Assembly (NCBI GenBank): GCA_035495555.1
Contig: DATJFQ010000098.1
Span: 12,325-76,324 of the forward strand
Direction of reading: 5' to 3'
DNA: 64,000 nt
Origin: Vicinamibacterales bacterium
Lineage (GTDB): Bacteria > Acidobacteriota > Vicinamibacteria > Vicinamibacterales > 2-12-FULL-66-21
Below the pieces are notes generated by a model that was given only the letters and a program-made list of their open reading frames with translations, did no database searches and was not told where the DNA came from. Positions 1 through 8,715 of the stretch are shown here, piece after piece; the stretch's first letter is position 1, and every line of letters starts with the position of its first letter. The position numbers were made by a program, and so were the translations under genes.

Positions 1-1
1 C

Positions 2-529
2 GTCAGCGTGCTCGAGCACGATCGGTACTATCGCGATCGGAACGACCTGCGGCTCGAGGAGCGCGCCGCGCTCAATTACGACCACCCCGATTCTCTCGAA
101 ACGGACTTGATGGTGAGCCATGTGGAGGCGCTGCGGCACGGACAGACGATTGAGGCGCCCGTCTACGATTTCGCCCGGCACACGCGAACGGCCGCAACGG
201 ATGCGATCGTCCCTGGGCGCGCGATCATCGTCGAGGGCATTCTGATCTACACGGACGCGGCGCTCAGGAACCTCATGGACGTGAAGGTGTTCGTGGACAC
301 GGACGCCGACACGCGGTTCATCAGGCGCCTGCAGCGCGACATCAGCGCGCGGGGCCGGACGGTCCAGTCGGTCATCGAACAGTACCTCTCGACCGTCAAG
401 CCCATGCACCTCGAGTTCGTGGAGCCCAGCAAGCGCTACGCGGACGTGATCATTCCGCAGGGGGGACACAATGCCGTGGCGATCGACATGCTCCTCACGC
501 TGATTCGGGGGAGCATGCGGCAAAAGTAA
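2..529 (+). CDS. udk: uridine kinase, 5' end cut by window edge
   Basis: Frame is open to the window edge. Translation has a Udk-type core (VYDF..H.R, IIVEGIL, DTDADTRFIRRLQRDISARGR, VIEQY..VKPMH..FVEPSK.YADVIIP). Confidence 0.9.
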   Translation, partial: VSVLEHDRYYRDRNDLRLEERAALNYDHPDSLETDLMVSHVEALRHGQTIEAPVYDFARHTRTAATDAIVPGRAIIVEGILIYTDAALRNLMDVKVFVDTDADTRFIRRLQRDISARGRTVQSVIEQYLSTVKPMHLEFVEPSKRYADVIIPQGGHNAVAIDMLLTLIRGSMRQK

Positions 530-634
530 AAGCAGACAACGACTCGACTTCACAACTTCCAACTGCTCGAGGCGCACCCGATTGACGGTCGTCCTGAGTC
601 GTTGGCAGGTGGGTCATTGCCTCGTTGATCTGAT

Positions 635-1228
635 TCACTTCCTGGCTTTCTGCACGTTATTGAGCAGCACCGGCTGGTTCTCGAAGTTCTCCAACTCGAT
701 GACGTTGTCCATTCCGCCCTGCGTGATTTTCGTCGCGATCGACGCTTTGCCGACGCCCTTGCCGTCGGGGCCGATCTGCAGCTGTACGAGCGTGAACGGA
801 TAATTCGTGCTGCGCGTGCTGTTGACGACTTCCCACATCGCCATGTGACGGTCGGTCAGCAGGATGATCTTCCGTCCGCCTTCCGGATTGGGGATTTGCC
901 GCGCGAAGTGCAGATCATAGCGGAGTGACGACGGGGTCCGGATATAGCCGACGACCGGCAGCTTCTGAAGCTCGTCGAGCAGCGCGTCCTGGCCGCCGGA
1001 CTTGAACGCCTTCATGAGGTCGTCGCGCTCCTTGTCGGTGGAATACCGCTGGACGTGAATATCCACCTGCGACGTCGCCGCGCCGCTCGCCTGGGTATTC
1101 ATGTTCACCGCAAACGCGGTGAACGTCTCCGGCGCGTTGTTCGCCAGTTGCGCCGCACTCTGCTGTTGCGCGAACGCCGTGGTCATCGCGGCGCCGCAGG
1201 CCACGATGGTGAGAAGTGCCTTTCGCAT
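635..1228 (-). CDS. secreted hypothetical protein
   Basis: ATG at 1228 gives MRKALLTIVACGAAMTTAFAQQ, a signal-peptide-like N-terminus. The longer ORF to 1522 is Arg-rich and overlaps the divergent gene. No family recognised. Confidence 0.55.
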   Translation of the reverse strand: MRKALLTIVACGAAMTTAFAQQQSAAQLANNAPETFTAFAVNMNTQASGAATSQVDIHVQRYSTDKERDDLMKAFKSGGQDALLDELQKLPVVGYIRTPSSLRYDLHFARQIPNPEGGRKIILLTDRHMAMWEVVNSTRSTNYPFTLVQLQIGPDGKGVGKASIATKITQGGMDNVIELENFENQPVLLNNVQKARK

Positions 1229-1309
1229 ATCGCCAACCCCTTTCGCGAGCAGTGAGTGCAAGGCCCGCGCCGCGCGAACCCCGTCGGTGAGCGATAATTT
1301 GCGCGCCGC

Positions 1310-2923
1310 ATGACCTCTGCCACGCGCCGCGCCTCCGCGGCGGCCGTCTGCCTGCTCCTGGCCATTCTGCATACGTGGCCGCTGGCGCTCGCGCCGGGAC
1401 GCCACTCGCGCAACGACAACGGCGACGCGCAGCTCAACGAGTGGATCATGGCCTGGATCGCGCACCAGCTTCCGCGCGACCCCGCTCACCTGTTCGATGC
1501 GAACATCTTTTATCCGGCGCACGATGCGCTCGCGTTTTCCGAACCGCTCATCGTCCCGGCCTTGATGGGCGCGCCGCTCGCGTGGGCCGGGGGCTCACCG
1601 GTGCTGGTGCACAACCTCGTCCTGATCGCAGGATTTGCGCTCACGGCGTTCGCCGGTGTCCTGCTGGTAGAGACGTGGACAGGGGATTTGCTCGCCGGCC
1701 TCCTGACCGGGTCCATGATCGCGTTCAACACCCACACGCTGACCCGTACGGCGCACGTCCAGGGTGTCCACCTTTACGGACTTCCGTTAGCGCTTCTGGC
1801 GACAGATCAGATCATTCGGCTTCGCGGATCAGCGACCCCGCGCGGCTGGATCCTCGTGCTGGCGGCGAGCATGGTCGTGCTCGCGTACACCTCCGGCTAT
1901 CTCATCGTCTTCGGGACGGTGATGGTCGGTATCGCCGTCCTGCTCCGCGCGCCGGAGTGGTGGACCGATGCGAGAACCGTGCTGCTGCGCTTTGGTGTGG
2001 CGGCAGGAGCGGCGGTCGCACTCGTCTTCCCGCTCTCGATCCCGTATGCGCGCGTCGCGCGTGAGCAGCACATGGTGCGGACGCTCGACATCGTGAAGGA
2101 CTATTCGGCGACGCTGAAAGGATATCTGGCGACGGCCGGCCGTGTGCACTTTGCCACCTGGAGCGGCCGGTTCTTTCGCGATCCGATCGACAGCTTCTTT
2201 CCCGGCTTCGTGATCCTGCTGCTCGCGATTGCCGGCGTTGCGATTGGCATCCGGCGCCCGGCGTGGCGCGGCCGCGTCGTCATGCTCGTGGCCATCGCTG
2301 CCGCCGGCGTGGTGCTGTCGCTCGGAACCGCCACGCCTGTTTACGGGTGGCTGTTCGCGGTCTTCCCTCCGCTGCACGGACTTCGCGCGGCCGCCCGGTT
2401 TGGCGTGCTGTTCCTCATCGGCGTCGCTGTCCTCGGGGGGCTCGGGCTGGCGCTCTGGAAGCCTCGGACCTGGGTCGCGATCCTGCTGATCGCGCTCGCG
2501 AACGTGGAATCGCTCCGCGCGCCGTTCGAATATCGAAATTTCACCGGGATCCCCGGCGTGTATCGCCTGCTCGCGAGCGAACCGGGAAAAGTGATCCTGG
2601 TCGAGCAGCCGTTTTATCCGCGCGACGCCGTATTCGAAAACGCGCCGTACGTGCTGAATTCGACCGCACACTGGAAGCCGCTGATGAACGGGTACAGCGG
2701 CTACACGCCGGAGACGTATCAGCGATATGCGGAGACGTTCTGGTACTTCCCGGACGAGCGTGCGTTCACCGCGATGAAAGCCGCCGGTGTCACCCATGTC
2801 ATCGTGCACCCGGAGCGCTTCGGCGAGCGGGATGCCCGGAAGGTCATCGACGCGATCAGCAGCCGACCGGACATGGAACTCGTCGCGGTATCGCAGGGAA
2901 TCCGGCTGTACCGCTTGAGGTGA
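1310..2923 (+). CDS. polytopic integral membrane protein, GT-C-glycosyltransferase-like, function unknown
   Basis: 537-aa ORF with many hydrophobic helices and a soluble C-terminal domain. The functional assignment is only a resemblance. Confidence 0.5.
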   Translation: MTSATRRASAAAVCLLLAILHTWPLALAPGRHSRNDNGDAQLNEWIMAWIAHQLPRDPAHLFDANIFYPAHDALAFSEPLIVPALMGAPLAWAGGSPVLVHNLVLIAGFALTAFAGVLLVETWTGDLLAGLLTGSMIAFNTHTLTRTAHVQGVHLYGLPLALLATDQIIRLRGSATPRGWILVLAASMVVLAYTSGYLIVFGTVMVGIAVLLRAPEWWTDARTVLLRFGVAAGAAVALVFPLSIPYARVAREQHMVRTLDIVKDYSATLKGYLATAGRVHFATWSGRFFRDPIDSFFPGFVILLLAIAGVAIGIRRPAWRGRVVMLVAIAAAGVVLSLGTATPVYGWLFAVFPPLHGLRAAARFGVLFLIGVAVLGGLGLALWKPRTWVAILLIALANVESLRAPFEYRNFTGIPGVYRLLASEPGKVILVEQPFYPRDAVFENAPYVLNSTAHWKPLMNGYSGYTPETYQRYAETFWYFPDERAFTAMKAAGVTHVIVHPERFGERDARKVIDAISSRPDMELVAVSQGIRLYRLR

Positions 2924-2926
2924 TCG

Positions 2927-3370
2927 ATGGAAGTGACTGTTCGTATTCGCCGGCTGCACGATCACGTCCGGCTGCCGCAGTATCAGACGGCTGGCGCGGC
3001 CGGATTCGACCTCGCCGCGAGCGCAGACGTCACGATCGAGCCGCACTCGATCGCGCTCATCCCGACGGGGCTCGTCATCGAAGTGCCGCCCGGGCAGTTC
3101 CTGGGCATCTTCGCCCGGAGCAGTACGCCGATCAAACGCGGCCTGATGGTTGCGAACGGCGTCGGCGTCATCGACTGCGATTACTGCGGCGACTCGGACG
3201 AGATCAAGGTGCAGGTGCTCAACTTCACCGACCAGCGTGTCGTCGTAAGGGGCGGGGACCGGATCGCGCAAGGTTTGCTGATTCCGGTCACCCGCGCCCA
3301 CTGGGTCGAGACGTCCGGTCCGCTGCGGGACGGCTCCCGCGGCGGATTCGGCGCCACGGGCGAGCGATGA
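2927..3370 (+). CDS. dut: dUTP diphosphatase (trimeric dUTPase)
   Basis: 147 aa with dUTPase motifs (AAGFDL, ARSS, GVIDCDY.GD, GDRIAQ, RGGFGATG). Confidence 0.9.
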   Translation: MEVTVRIRRLHDHVRLPQYQTAGAAGFDLAASADVTIEPHSIALIPTGLVIEVPPGQFLGIFARSSTPIKRGLMVANGVGVIDCDYCGDSDEIKVQVLNFTDQRVVVRGGDRIAQGLLIPVTRAHWVETSGPLRDGSRGGFGATGER

Positions 3371-3798
3371 ACATCTATCTTGCGTGCACGGTGCGCGGCG
3401 ATCGCGATGCCATTCACGCGCTGCGGCGGCTTGCGGACGACCTCGAAGCCGCCGGGCACGTCGTCCTCACGCGGCACCTGCTCGAAGACGAGGTCGACGT
3501 CGCGGAAGCCAAACTCTCGGAGCGACAGGTCTACGAGCGGGACATCGAGTGGCTGAACGCCGCGGAGGTGCTGATCGCCGACGCGTCCGGTTCGAGCTTC
3601 GGCGTCGGCTTCGAGGTCGGCTGGGTACTGGCGAACTCCGGTCGAACGAGCCAGCGGGTCCTGCTGCTCTACCGTGCGGATCGCCGCGATCGCATTTCGC
3701 GGCTCATCGTCGGCAACGCGCACCCGAACTGCACGGTGCTTCCCTATTCAGACGCGACCGAGCTTGTGAAGCGTGTGCGAGGGGCGATAGGGGACGGA

Positions 3799-3804
<6 letters not shown>
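3367..3804 (+). CDS. 2'-deoxynucleoside 5'-phosphate N-hydrolase-like protein (DNPH1/Rcl, nucleoside 2-deoxyribosyltransferase superfamily)
   Basis: ATG at 3367 overlaps the dut stop (ATGA). MNIYLACTVRGDRD ... YERDIEWL ... VLIADASGSSFGVGFEVGW matches the Rcl signature (YFCGSIRGGRED, EQDL.WL, AEVTQPSLGVGYELG), including the Tyr/Asp/Glu catalytic positions. Confidence 0.75.
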
Positions 3805-3847
<43 letters not shown>

Positions 3848-4070
3848 AGACAGGCGCCGCGGGAAGCGATGGGGGCGAGGACGGGGCGCCCCGGTTCGCG
3901 CGGAGGCGGCTCCTCGTCGACGCGTCTTTCTCGCCGCCGAGCACGAACTGGGTCCGCCTCCGCCGCGAAGCGGCTTCGGCGAGATCGCGCCGGAGCGCAG
4001 CTGGAGCCTCTGACTGCGCGAAGGCGGAGCTGGCCGAGCAGGGGCCCCATCGCCGGCGGTGCTGCCAGCC

Positions 4071-4150
4071 GACGAACGATGTCCGAAGTTCGATGAACGT
4101 TGATCGGCAATCGCCCATCGTCCATCGGTCATCGTCTATCTTCTATCGAT
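4071..4150. repeat. heptamer-based imperfect hairpin (CGATG-type units followed by CATCG-type units)
   Basis: GACGAACGATGTCCGAAGTTCGATGAACGTTGATCGG is followed by CCCATCGTCCATCGGTCATCGTCTATC..ATCGATC. The CGATG/CATCG cores are complementary. The element abuts the RND gene stop. Confidence 0.55.
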
Positions 4151-7100
4151 CACTTCCCCGTTGCTTCCGCTCCCACGCCAGCCAGCGTCGGACGCTTCGC
4201 GGCGCGGCGGTGCGTCAGCCACTCCTGGATCTTCTCCATGTAGACGTAGAAGACCGGCGTGACATACAGCGTGAGCGTCTGCGAGACCATCAGTCCGCCG
4301 ACGACGGCGAGCCCGAGCGGACGCCGCGCTTCACCGCCGGCGCCCCAGCCGAACGCGATCGGCAGCGTGCCCATCAAGGCCGCCATCGTCGTCATCATGA
4401 TGGGGCGGAAGCGGACGAGACACGCTTCGTAAATCGCGTCCGTCGCGCCGACGCCTTCGCGCCGCCGCTCGATCGCGAAGTCGATCATGATGATGCCGTT
4501 CTTCTTCACGATGCCGACGAGCATGATGATGCCGACAAACGCGTAGAGGTCGAGCTCCTGCCGGAAGAGCAGCAGCGTCAGCAGCGCGCCGAACCCCGCG
4601 GACGGCAGACCCGAGAGAATCGTCAGCGGGTGGATGAAGCTCTCGTAGAGGATGCCGAGGACGACGTAGATGACGAAGATGGCGAGGCCGAGAATCCAGC
4701 CAAGGCCCTGCATGGAGTCCTGGAACGCCTGCGCCGTGCCCTGGAAGCTGCCGGCGACCGTGTCGGGCAGGGTCTCGCGCGCGACCTGATTCACGCGTTC
4801 GACGGCGTCGCCGAGCGATACGCCCTGGCGCAGGTTGAACGACAGCGTGACGGCGGGCAACTGGCCGGCGTGGTTGATCGACTGCGGGCCGACCGTCTGA
4901 CGCGTCGTCACCACGGCCGACAGCGGAACGAGCTTGCCGTCAGGCGTCGTCACCGACAGCATCGAGAGCGCCGCAGGATCGCGCTGGTACTTGTCCTCGA
5001 CCTGCATGATGACCTGATACTCGTCGTTGGGCGCGAAGATCTGCGACACCTGCCGCTGGCCGTAGGCCGAGTTGAGCGCGTTCTGTACCTGATCGACCGT
5101 CAACCCGAGCGCCGCGATCTGCTCGCGGTCGAGCAGCACGTCGAGCTGAGGCGTTTTGATCTGCAGGTCCGACGAGATGTCCTCGAGCCCGTCGACCTTG
5201 TGCAGCGCCTGCTCGAAAAGCGGCGCCACCCGATAGAGTTCGTCGGTGTCGGGGTCCTGCAGCGTGTACTGATACGCGCTGTTCGAGCGGATGCCGCCAA
5301 TGCGGATCGCCGGGGGGTTCGAGAGAAACACCCGCACGCCCGGCACGCGGGACAGCTTCGGACGCAGTTCGTCGATGATCTGGTCTGCCGAAAGCGAGCG
5401 TTCCTCGCGCGGTTTCAAATCGATGTTGAGGCGGCCGCCGCCCGCATCGGCGGTGAACGCCGCGACATTGGGATCCTTTTCGAGGATCCCCATGATCTCG
5501 CGCATGTGCGACGCCATCGATTCGAACCCGATGCCCTGGATCGCCTCGATGTTGCCGCTGATCTGGCCGGTGTCGACGCTCGGGATGAACCCTTTCGGCA
5601 CGACCTCGAACAGATACACCGTGCCGGCGAGCATGAGCGCCGAGACCAGCATCGTCGTGCCGCGGAACCGCAGGGTGCCGCGCAGCGTGAACGAATAGAA
5701 ACGCAGCCACGAGTCGAACATCCGCTCGACCGCGTTGTAGAACACCCCGTGCTGCTCGGCGTGCTGCGGCTTCAGGAAGCGGCTGCAGAGCATCGGCGTC
5801 AGCGTGAGGGAGACGAGGCCGGACACGAGAATCGCCGCGGCAATCGTCACCGCGAACTCGTGCATCAACCGGCCGACGATGCCGCCCATGAAGAGGATCG
5901 GGATGAACACCGCGGCGAGGGAGATGGTCATCGACAGAATCGTGAAGGAGATTTCCTTCGATCCATCGAGCGCCGCCTGCATCCGCGTCTTCCCCATGTC
6001 GAGATGGCGCACGATGTTCTCGAGCATGACGATCGCGTCGTCGACGACGAAGCCGACCGACAGCGTGAGCGCCATCAGCGACAGGTTGTCGAGGCTGTAG
6101 TCGAGCGACCACATCACGGCAAAGGTGCCGACGATCGAGAACGGCAGCGCCAGCGACGGGATAATCGTCGCGGAGACGTTCCGCAGGAACAGGAAGATGA
6201 CGAGGATGACCAGGAAGACGGTCAGCAGGAGCGTGAACTTCACGTCCTGCACCGAATCGCGGATCGGAATCGAGCGATCGCTGCGGATCTGGAGCTGCAG
6301 CGATGCGGGCAGCTGCGCCTGCAGTTGCGGCAGCGTGTCCTTGATGGCGTCGACGACTTCGACCGTGTTGGTGCCCGGCTGACGCTGGATTGCGAGGTAG
6401 ACCGTCGGGACGCCGTTGAACCAGCTCAGGTTCCGCGGATTTTCGACGCCGTCGTAGACGTGCGCAATGTCTTCGAGGCGGACAGGGTTGCCGTTGCGAT
6501 ACGCGATGATGATCGGCCGGTACGCTTCGGCGTCCATCAACTGGCCCCGCGCCATCACGACGAAGTTGCGCTCGGGGCCGTACAGCGTGCCCGTCGGGCG
6601 GTTCGAGTTCGCCGCGTTGATCGCCGTGGCGACCTGGTCGACGCCAATCTGCCGTGCGGCGAGCTGGACGGGGTCCAGATCGACACGGACGGCGAACCGC
6701 TTCTCACCGTAGACGTTGACCTGCGCCACACCGGAGACCATCGACAGCCGCTGGACGAGGACGTCCTCCGCGTACTGCGTCACCTGGATCAGCGGCAGCG
6801 TTTTCGAATTCAGGGTCAGGAAGAGAACCGGTGTCGCTGACGGGTCGCTCTTGTTGTACGACGGCGGCGACGGCATGCCGGGCGGAAGCGATCGCGACGT
6901 GCGCGCAATCATCGACTGCACGTCCTGCGCGGCGGCGTCGATGTTCCGGCTCAGATCGAACTGCAGCGTGATGCTCGTGCTGCCCTGCGAGTTGCGGGAA
7001 CTGATCGAGGTGACGCCGGAGATCGTCGAGAACTGCTTCTCGAGCGGCGTGGCCACCGAGTTCGCCATCGTGTCCGGATTGGCGCCGGGCAGGTTCGCGT

Positions 7101-7242
7101 TGACGGTAATGGTCGGGTAGTCGACGGTCGGCAGATCGCTGACCGGCAGCAGCCGATAGCCCATGATCCCGAAGATCAGGATCGTCAGGACGAGGAGGGT
7201 CGTCGCGACGGGCCGTTTGATGAATGGTTCAGCGAAGTTCAT
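4150..7242 (-). CDS. RND efflux transporter permease (HAE1/AcrB-MdtB-like)
   Basis: 1030 aa with the typical N-terminus MNFAEPFIKRPVATTLL..LPVSDLP.VDYPTI.V and 12-TM architecture. Confidence 0.95.
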   Translation of the reverse strand: MNFAEPFIKRPVATTLLVLTILIFGIMGYRLLPVSDLPTVDYPTITVNANLPGANPDTMANSVATPLEKQFSTISGVTSISSRNSQGSTSITLQFDLSRNIDAAAQDVQSMIARTSRSLPPGMPSPPSYNKSDPSATPVLFLTLNSKTLPLIQVTQYAEDVLVQRLSMVSGVAQVNVYGEKRFAVRVDLDPVQLAARQIGVDQVATAINAANSNRPTGTLYGPERNFVVMARGQLMDAEAYRPIIIAYRNGNPVRLEDIAHVYDGVENPRNLSWFNGVPTVYLAIQRQPGTNTVEVVDAIKDTLPQLQAQLPASLQLQIRSDRSIPIRDSVQDVKFTLLLTVFLVILVIFLFLRNVSATIIPSLALPFSIVGTFAVMWSLDYSLDNLSLMALTLSVGFVVDDAIVMLENIVRHLDMGKTRMQAALDGSKEISFTILSMTISLAAVFIPILFMGGIVGRLMHEFAVTIAAAILVSGLVSLTLTPMLCSRFLKPQHAEQHGVFYNAVERMFDSWLRFYSFTLRGTLRFRGTTMLVSALMLAGTVYLFEVVPKGFIPSVDTGQISGNIEAIQGIGFESMASHMREIMGILEKDPNVAAFTADAGGGRLNIDLKPREERSLSADQIIDELRPKLSRVPGVRVFLSNPPAIRIGGIRSNSAYQYTLQDPDTDELYRVAPLFEQALHKVDGLEDISSDLQIKTPQLDVLLDREQIAALGLTVDQVQNALNSAYGQRQVSQIFAPNDEYQVIMQVEDKYQRDPAALSMLSVTTPDGKLVPLSAVVTTRQTVGPQSINHAGQLPAVTLSFNLRQGVSLGDAVERVNQVARETLPDTVAGSFQGTAQAFQDSMQGLGWILGLAIFVIYVVLGILYESFIHPLTILSGLPSAGFGALLTLLLFRQELDLYAFVGIIMLVGIVKKNGIIMIDFAIERRREGVGATDAIYEACLVRFRPIMMTTMAALMGTLPIAFGWGAGGEARRPLGLAVVGGLMVSQTLTLYVTPVFYVYMEKIQEWLTHRRAAKRPTLAGVGAEATGK

Positions 7243-8555
7243 TTCTCACCGTTCCCGGTTGTCCCTGTCTCGGTTCCGGCGCGGCTGCCCCGCCCGCGCG
7301 CTCCTGCTCCTGCCCGCACGATCCGTACCCCCGGCGTCAGGCGAAGCTGGCCGTCCGTCACGACCTCTTCCCCGGCCGACAGGCCGTTGGCGATGACCAT
7401 CTGTTCGCCCTGCTGGCGTGCGACCGTGACGTTCCTCATCTCGACCGTGTTGTCGGGCTTCACGACGTACACGAACTGGCCCTGCTGCGAAGCCTCCACC
7501 GCGATCGCGGGTACCACAATCGCATTCGGATCTGTGGAAAGGTTCAGCGTGACCTGCACGAACAGCCCGGGCCAGAGCTTATGCTCCGGGTTGGGAAACG
7601 TCGCTTTCAACTTGATCGTGCCAGTCGACGGATCCACGGTGTTGTCGATGAAAGTCACCGTGCCGACGGCGGTCGGCACCGCCGCGGACGCGTCGGGGAC
7701 GTCGGCGCCGAGGTCCGCACCGTTGGCCTGTTCGACCGTCGTCGGCGGCGGCGGCTGGGCACCCGGCGGGAGGGACGCCTGCCCGCGTGCCACCGCCTGC
7801 AACGGCTTTTGCGCCTGATATCGGCGGATATCCCCGAGATAACGGCCAGGCACCGCGAAGGTGACGTAAATCGGCGAGAGCTGGTTGATGACCACGAGCG
7901 GCGTCGTATCGTTCGCGCGAACGAGATCGCCCTCATGGGCGGACAACGATCCGGTCCGGCCTGAAATCGGCGCAGCAATTTTCGTATAGGAAAGGTTCAG
8001 CTTTGCCGTCTCGACCGCCGCCTGGTCGGCCTGCAGCGTGGCCTGCGCAGACTGCGAACTGGCCTGCTGCGTTTCGAACTGATCGCGCGGGATGAGGCCG
8101 CGCTTGTACAGATCCTCGTATCGCGCATTCTGCGACGCGGCGTTGGTGGCCGTCGCCGTATCGCGCGCCAGCACCGCTTGCGCCTGCTGCAGGGCGGCTT
8201 CGAACGGTCGCGCATCGAGCGTGAACAGCAGGTCACCCTTCTTGACCTCCTGCCCTTCCGCGAAATGCACCTTGCTGAGCTGGCCGGTGACCTGTGCGCG
8301 TATCTGAACCGTTTGGATGGCTTCCGCCGTGCCGACGGCTGGAATCGTCACCGGTACCGACTTCTCGACCGCGTGGGTGGTCGTTACCGGCACGGGTCCG
8401 CCACCGCCCCCGCGTTCGCCCCGACCGCCCCGGCCGCCGGCGCCCTCGCCGCCGGTGCCGGCATGGTTGGGCTGCGCAGCTCCCCGGCTGCACGCCGGGA
8501 CGGAGAAGCTCAAGAGAATCAAGAAGATGACGTAGATTTTCGAGTGGATAGACAT
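7239..8555 (-). CDS. RND periplasmic adaptor (membrane fusion protein), lipoprotein-type signal
   Basis: Its stop overlaps the RND pump start (ATGA). Signal ...SFSVPAC, a Gly/Arg-rich linker, then an MdtA/AcrA-like barrel-sandwich hairpin (V.AQV.G....V.F.EGQ.VKKGD.LF.LD). Confidence 0.9.
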   Translation of the reverse strand: MSIHSKIYVIFLILLSFSVPACSRGAAQPNHAGTGGEGAGGRGGRGERGGGGGPVPVTTTHAVEKSVPVTIPAVGTAEAIQTVQIRAQVTGQLSKVHFAEGQEVKKGDLLFTLDARPFEAALQQAQAVLARDTATATNAASQNARYEDLYKRGLIPRDQFETQQASSQSAQATLQADQAAVETAKLNLSYTKIAAPISGRTGSLSAHEGDLVRANDTTPLVVINQLSPIYVTFAVPGRYLGDIRRYQAQKPLQAVARGQASLPPGAQPPPPTTVEQANGADLGADVPDASAAVPTAVGTVTFIDNTVDPSTGTIKLKATFPNPEHKLWPGLFVQVTLNLSTDPNAIVVPAIAVEASQQGQFVYVVKPDNTVEMRNVTVARQQGEQMVIANGLSAGEEVVTDGQLRLTPGVRIVRAGAGARGRGSRAGTETGTTGNGEK

Positions 8556-8715
8556 TCAGACAGACAGAGGGCTGTGCTTGTAAAAGACGACGGCGAAGCC
8601 GAGGCTGTTTACTCGAGGCCCGAACAAGCCGACGTCATGGGAACGCTCGCGATCGGTACGCTCACGGTGTCGAAATCGGAACTTCACGTCGCCGGTCCCC
8701 GTCCTTCCCAGCCGT

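Noticed and set aside
2263-3366. N-terminal 368 aa of ORF 2263..3804
   Set aside because: It overlaps the membrane protein and dut in other frames and is Arg-rich. Only the last 145 aa (from ATG 3367) match the DNPH1/Rcl family.
4093-6840. 915-aa plus-strand ORF
   Set aside because: It is antisense to the clearly homologous RND permease. The translation is Arg/Asp/His-rich with no motifs, which is a typical mirror ORF of a GC-rich gene.
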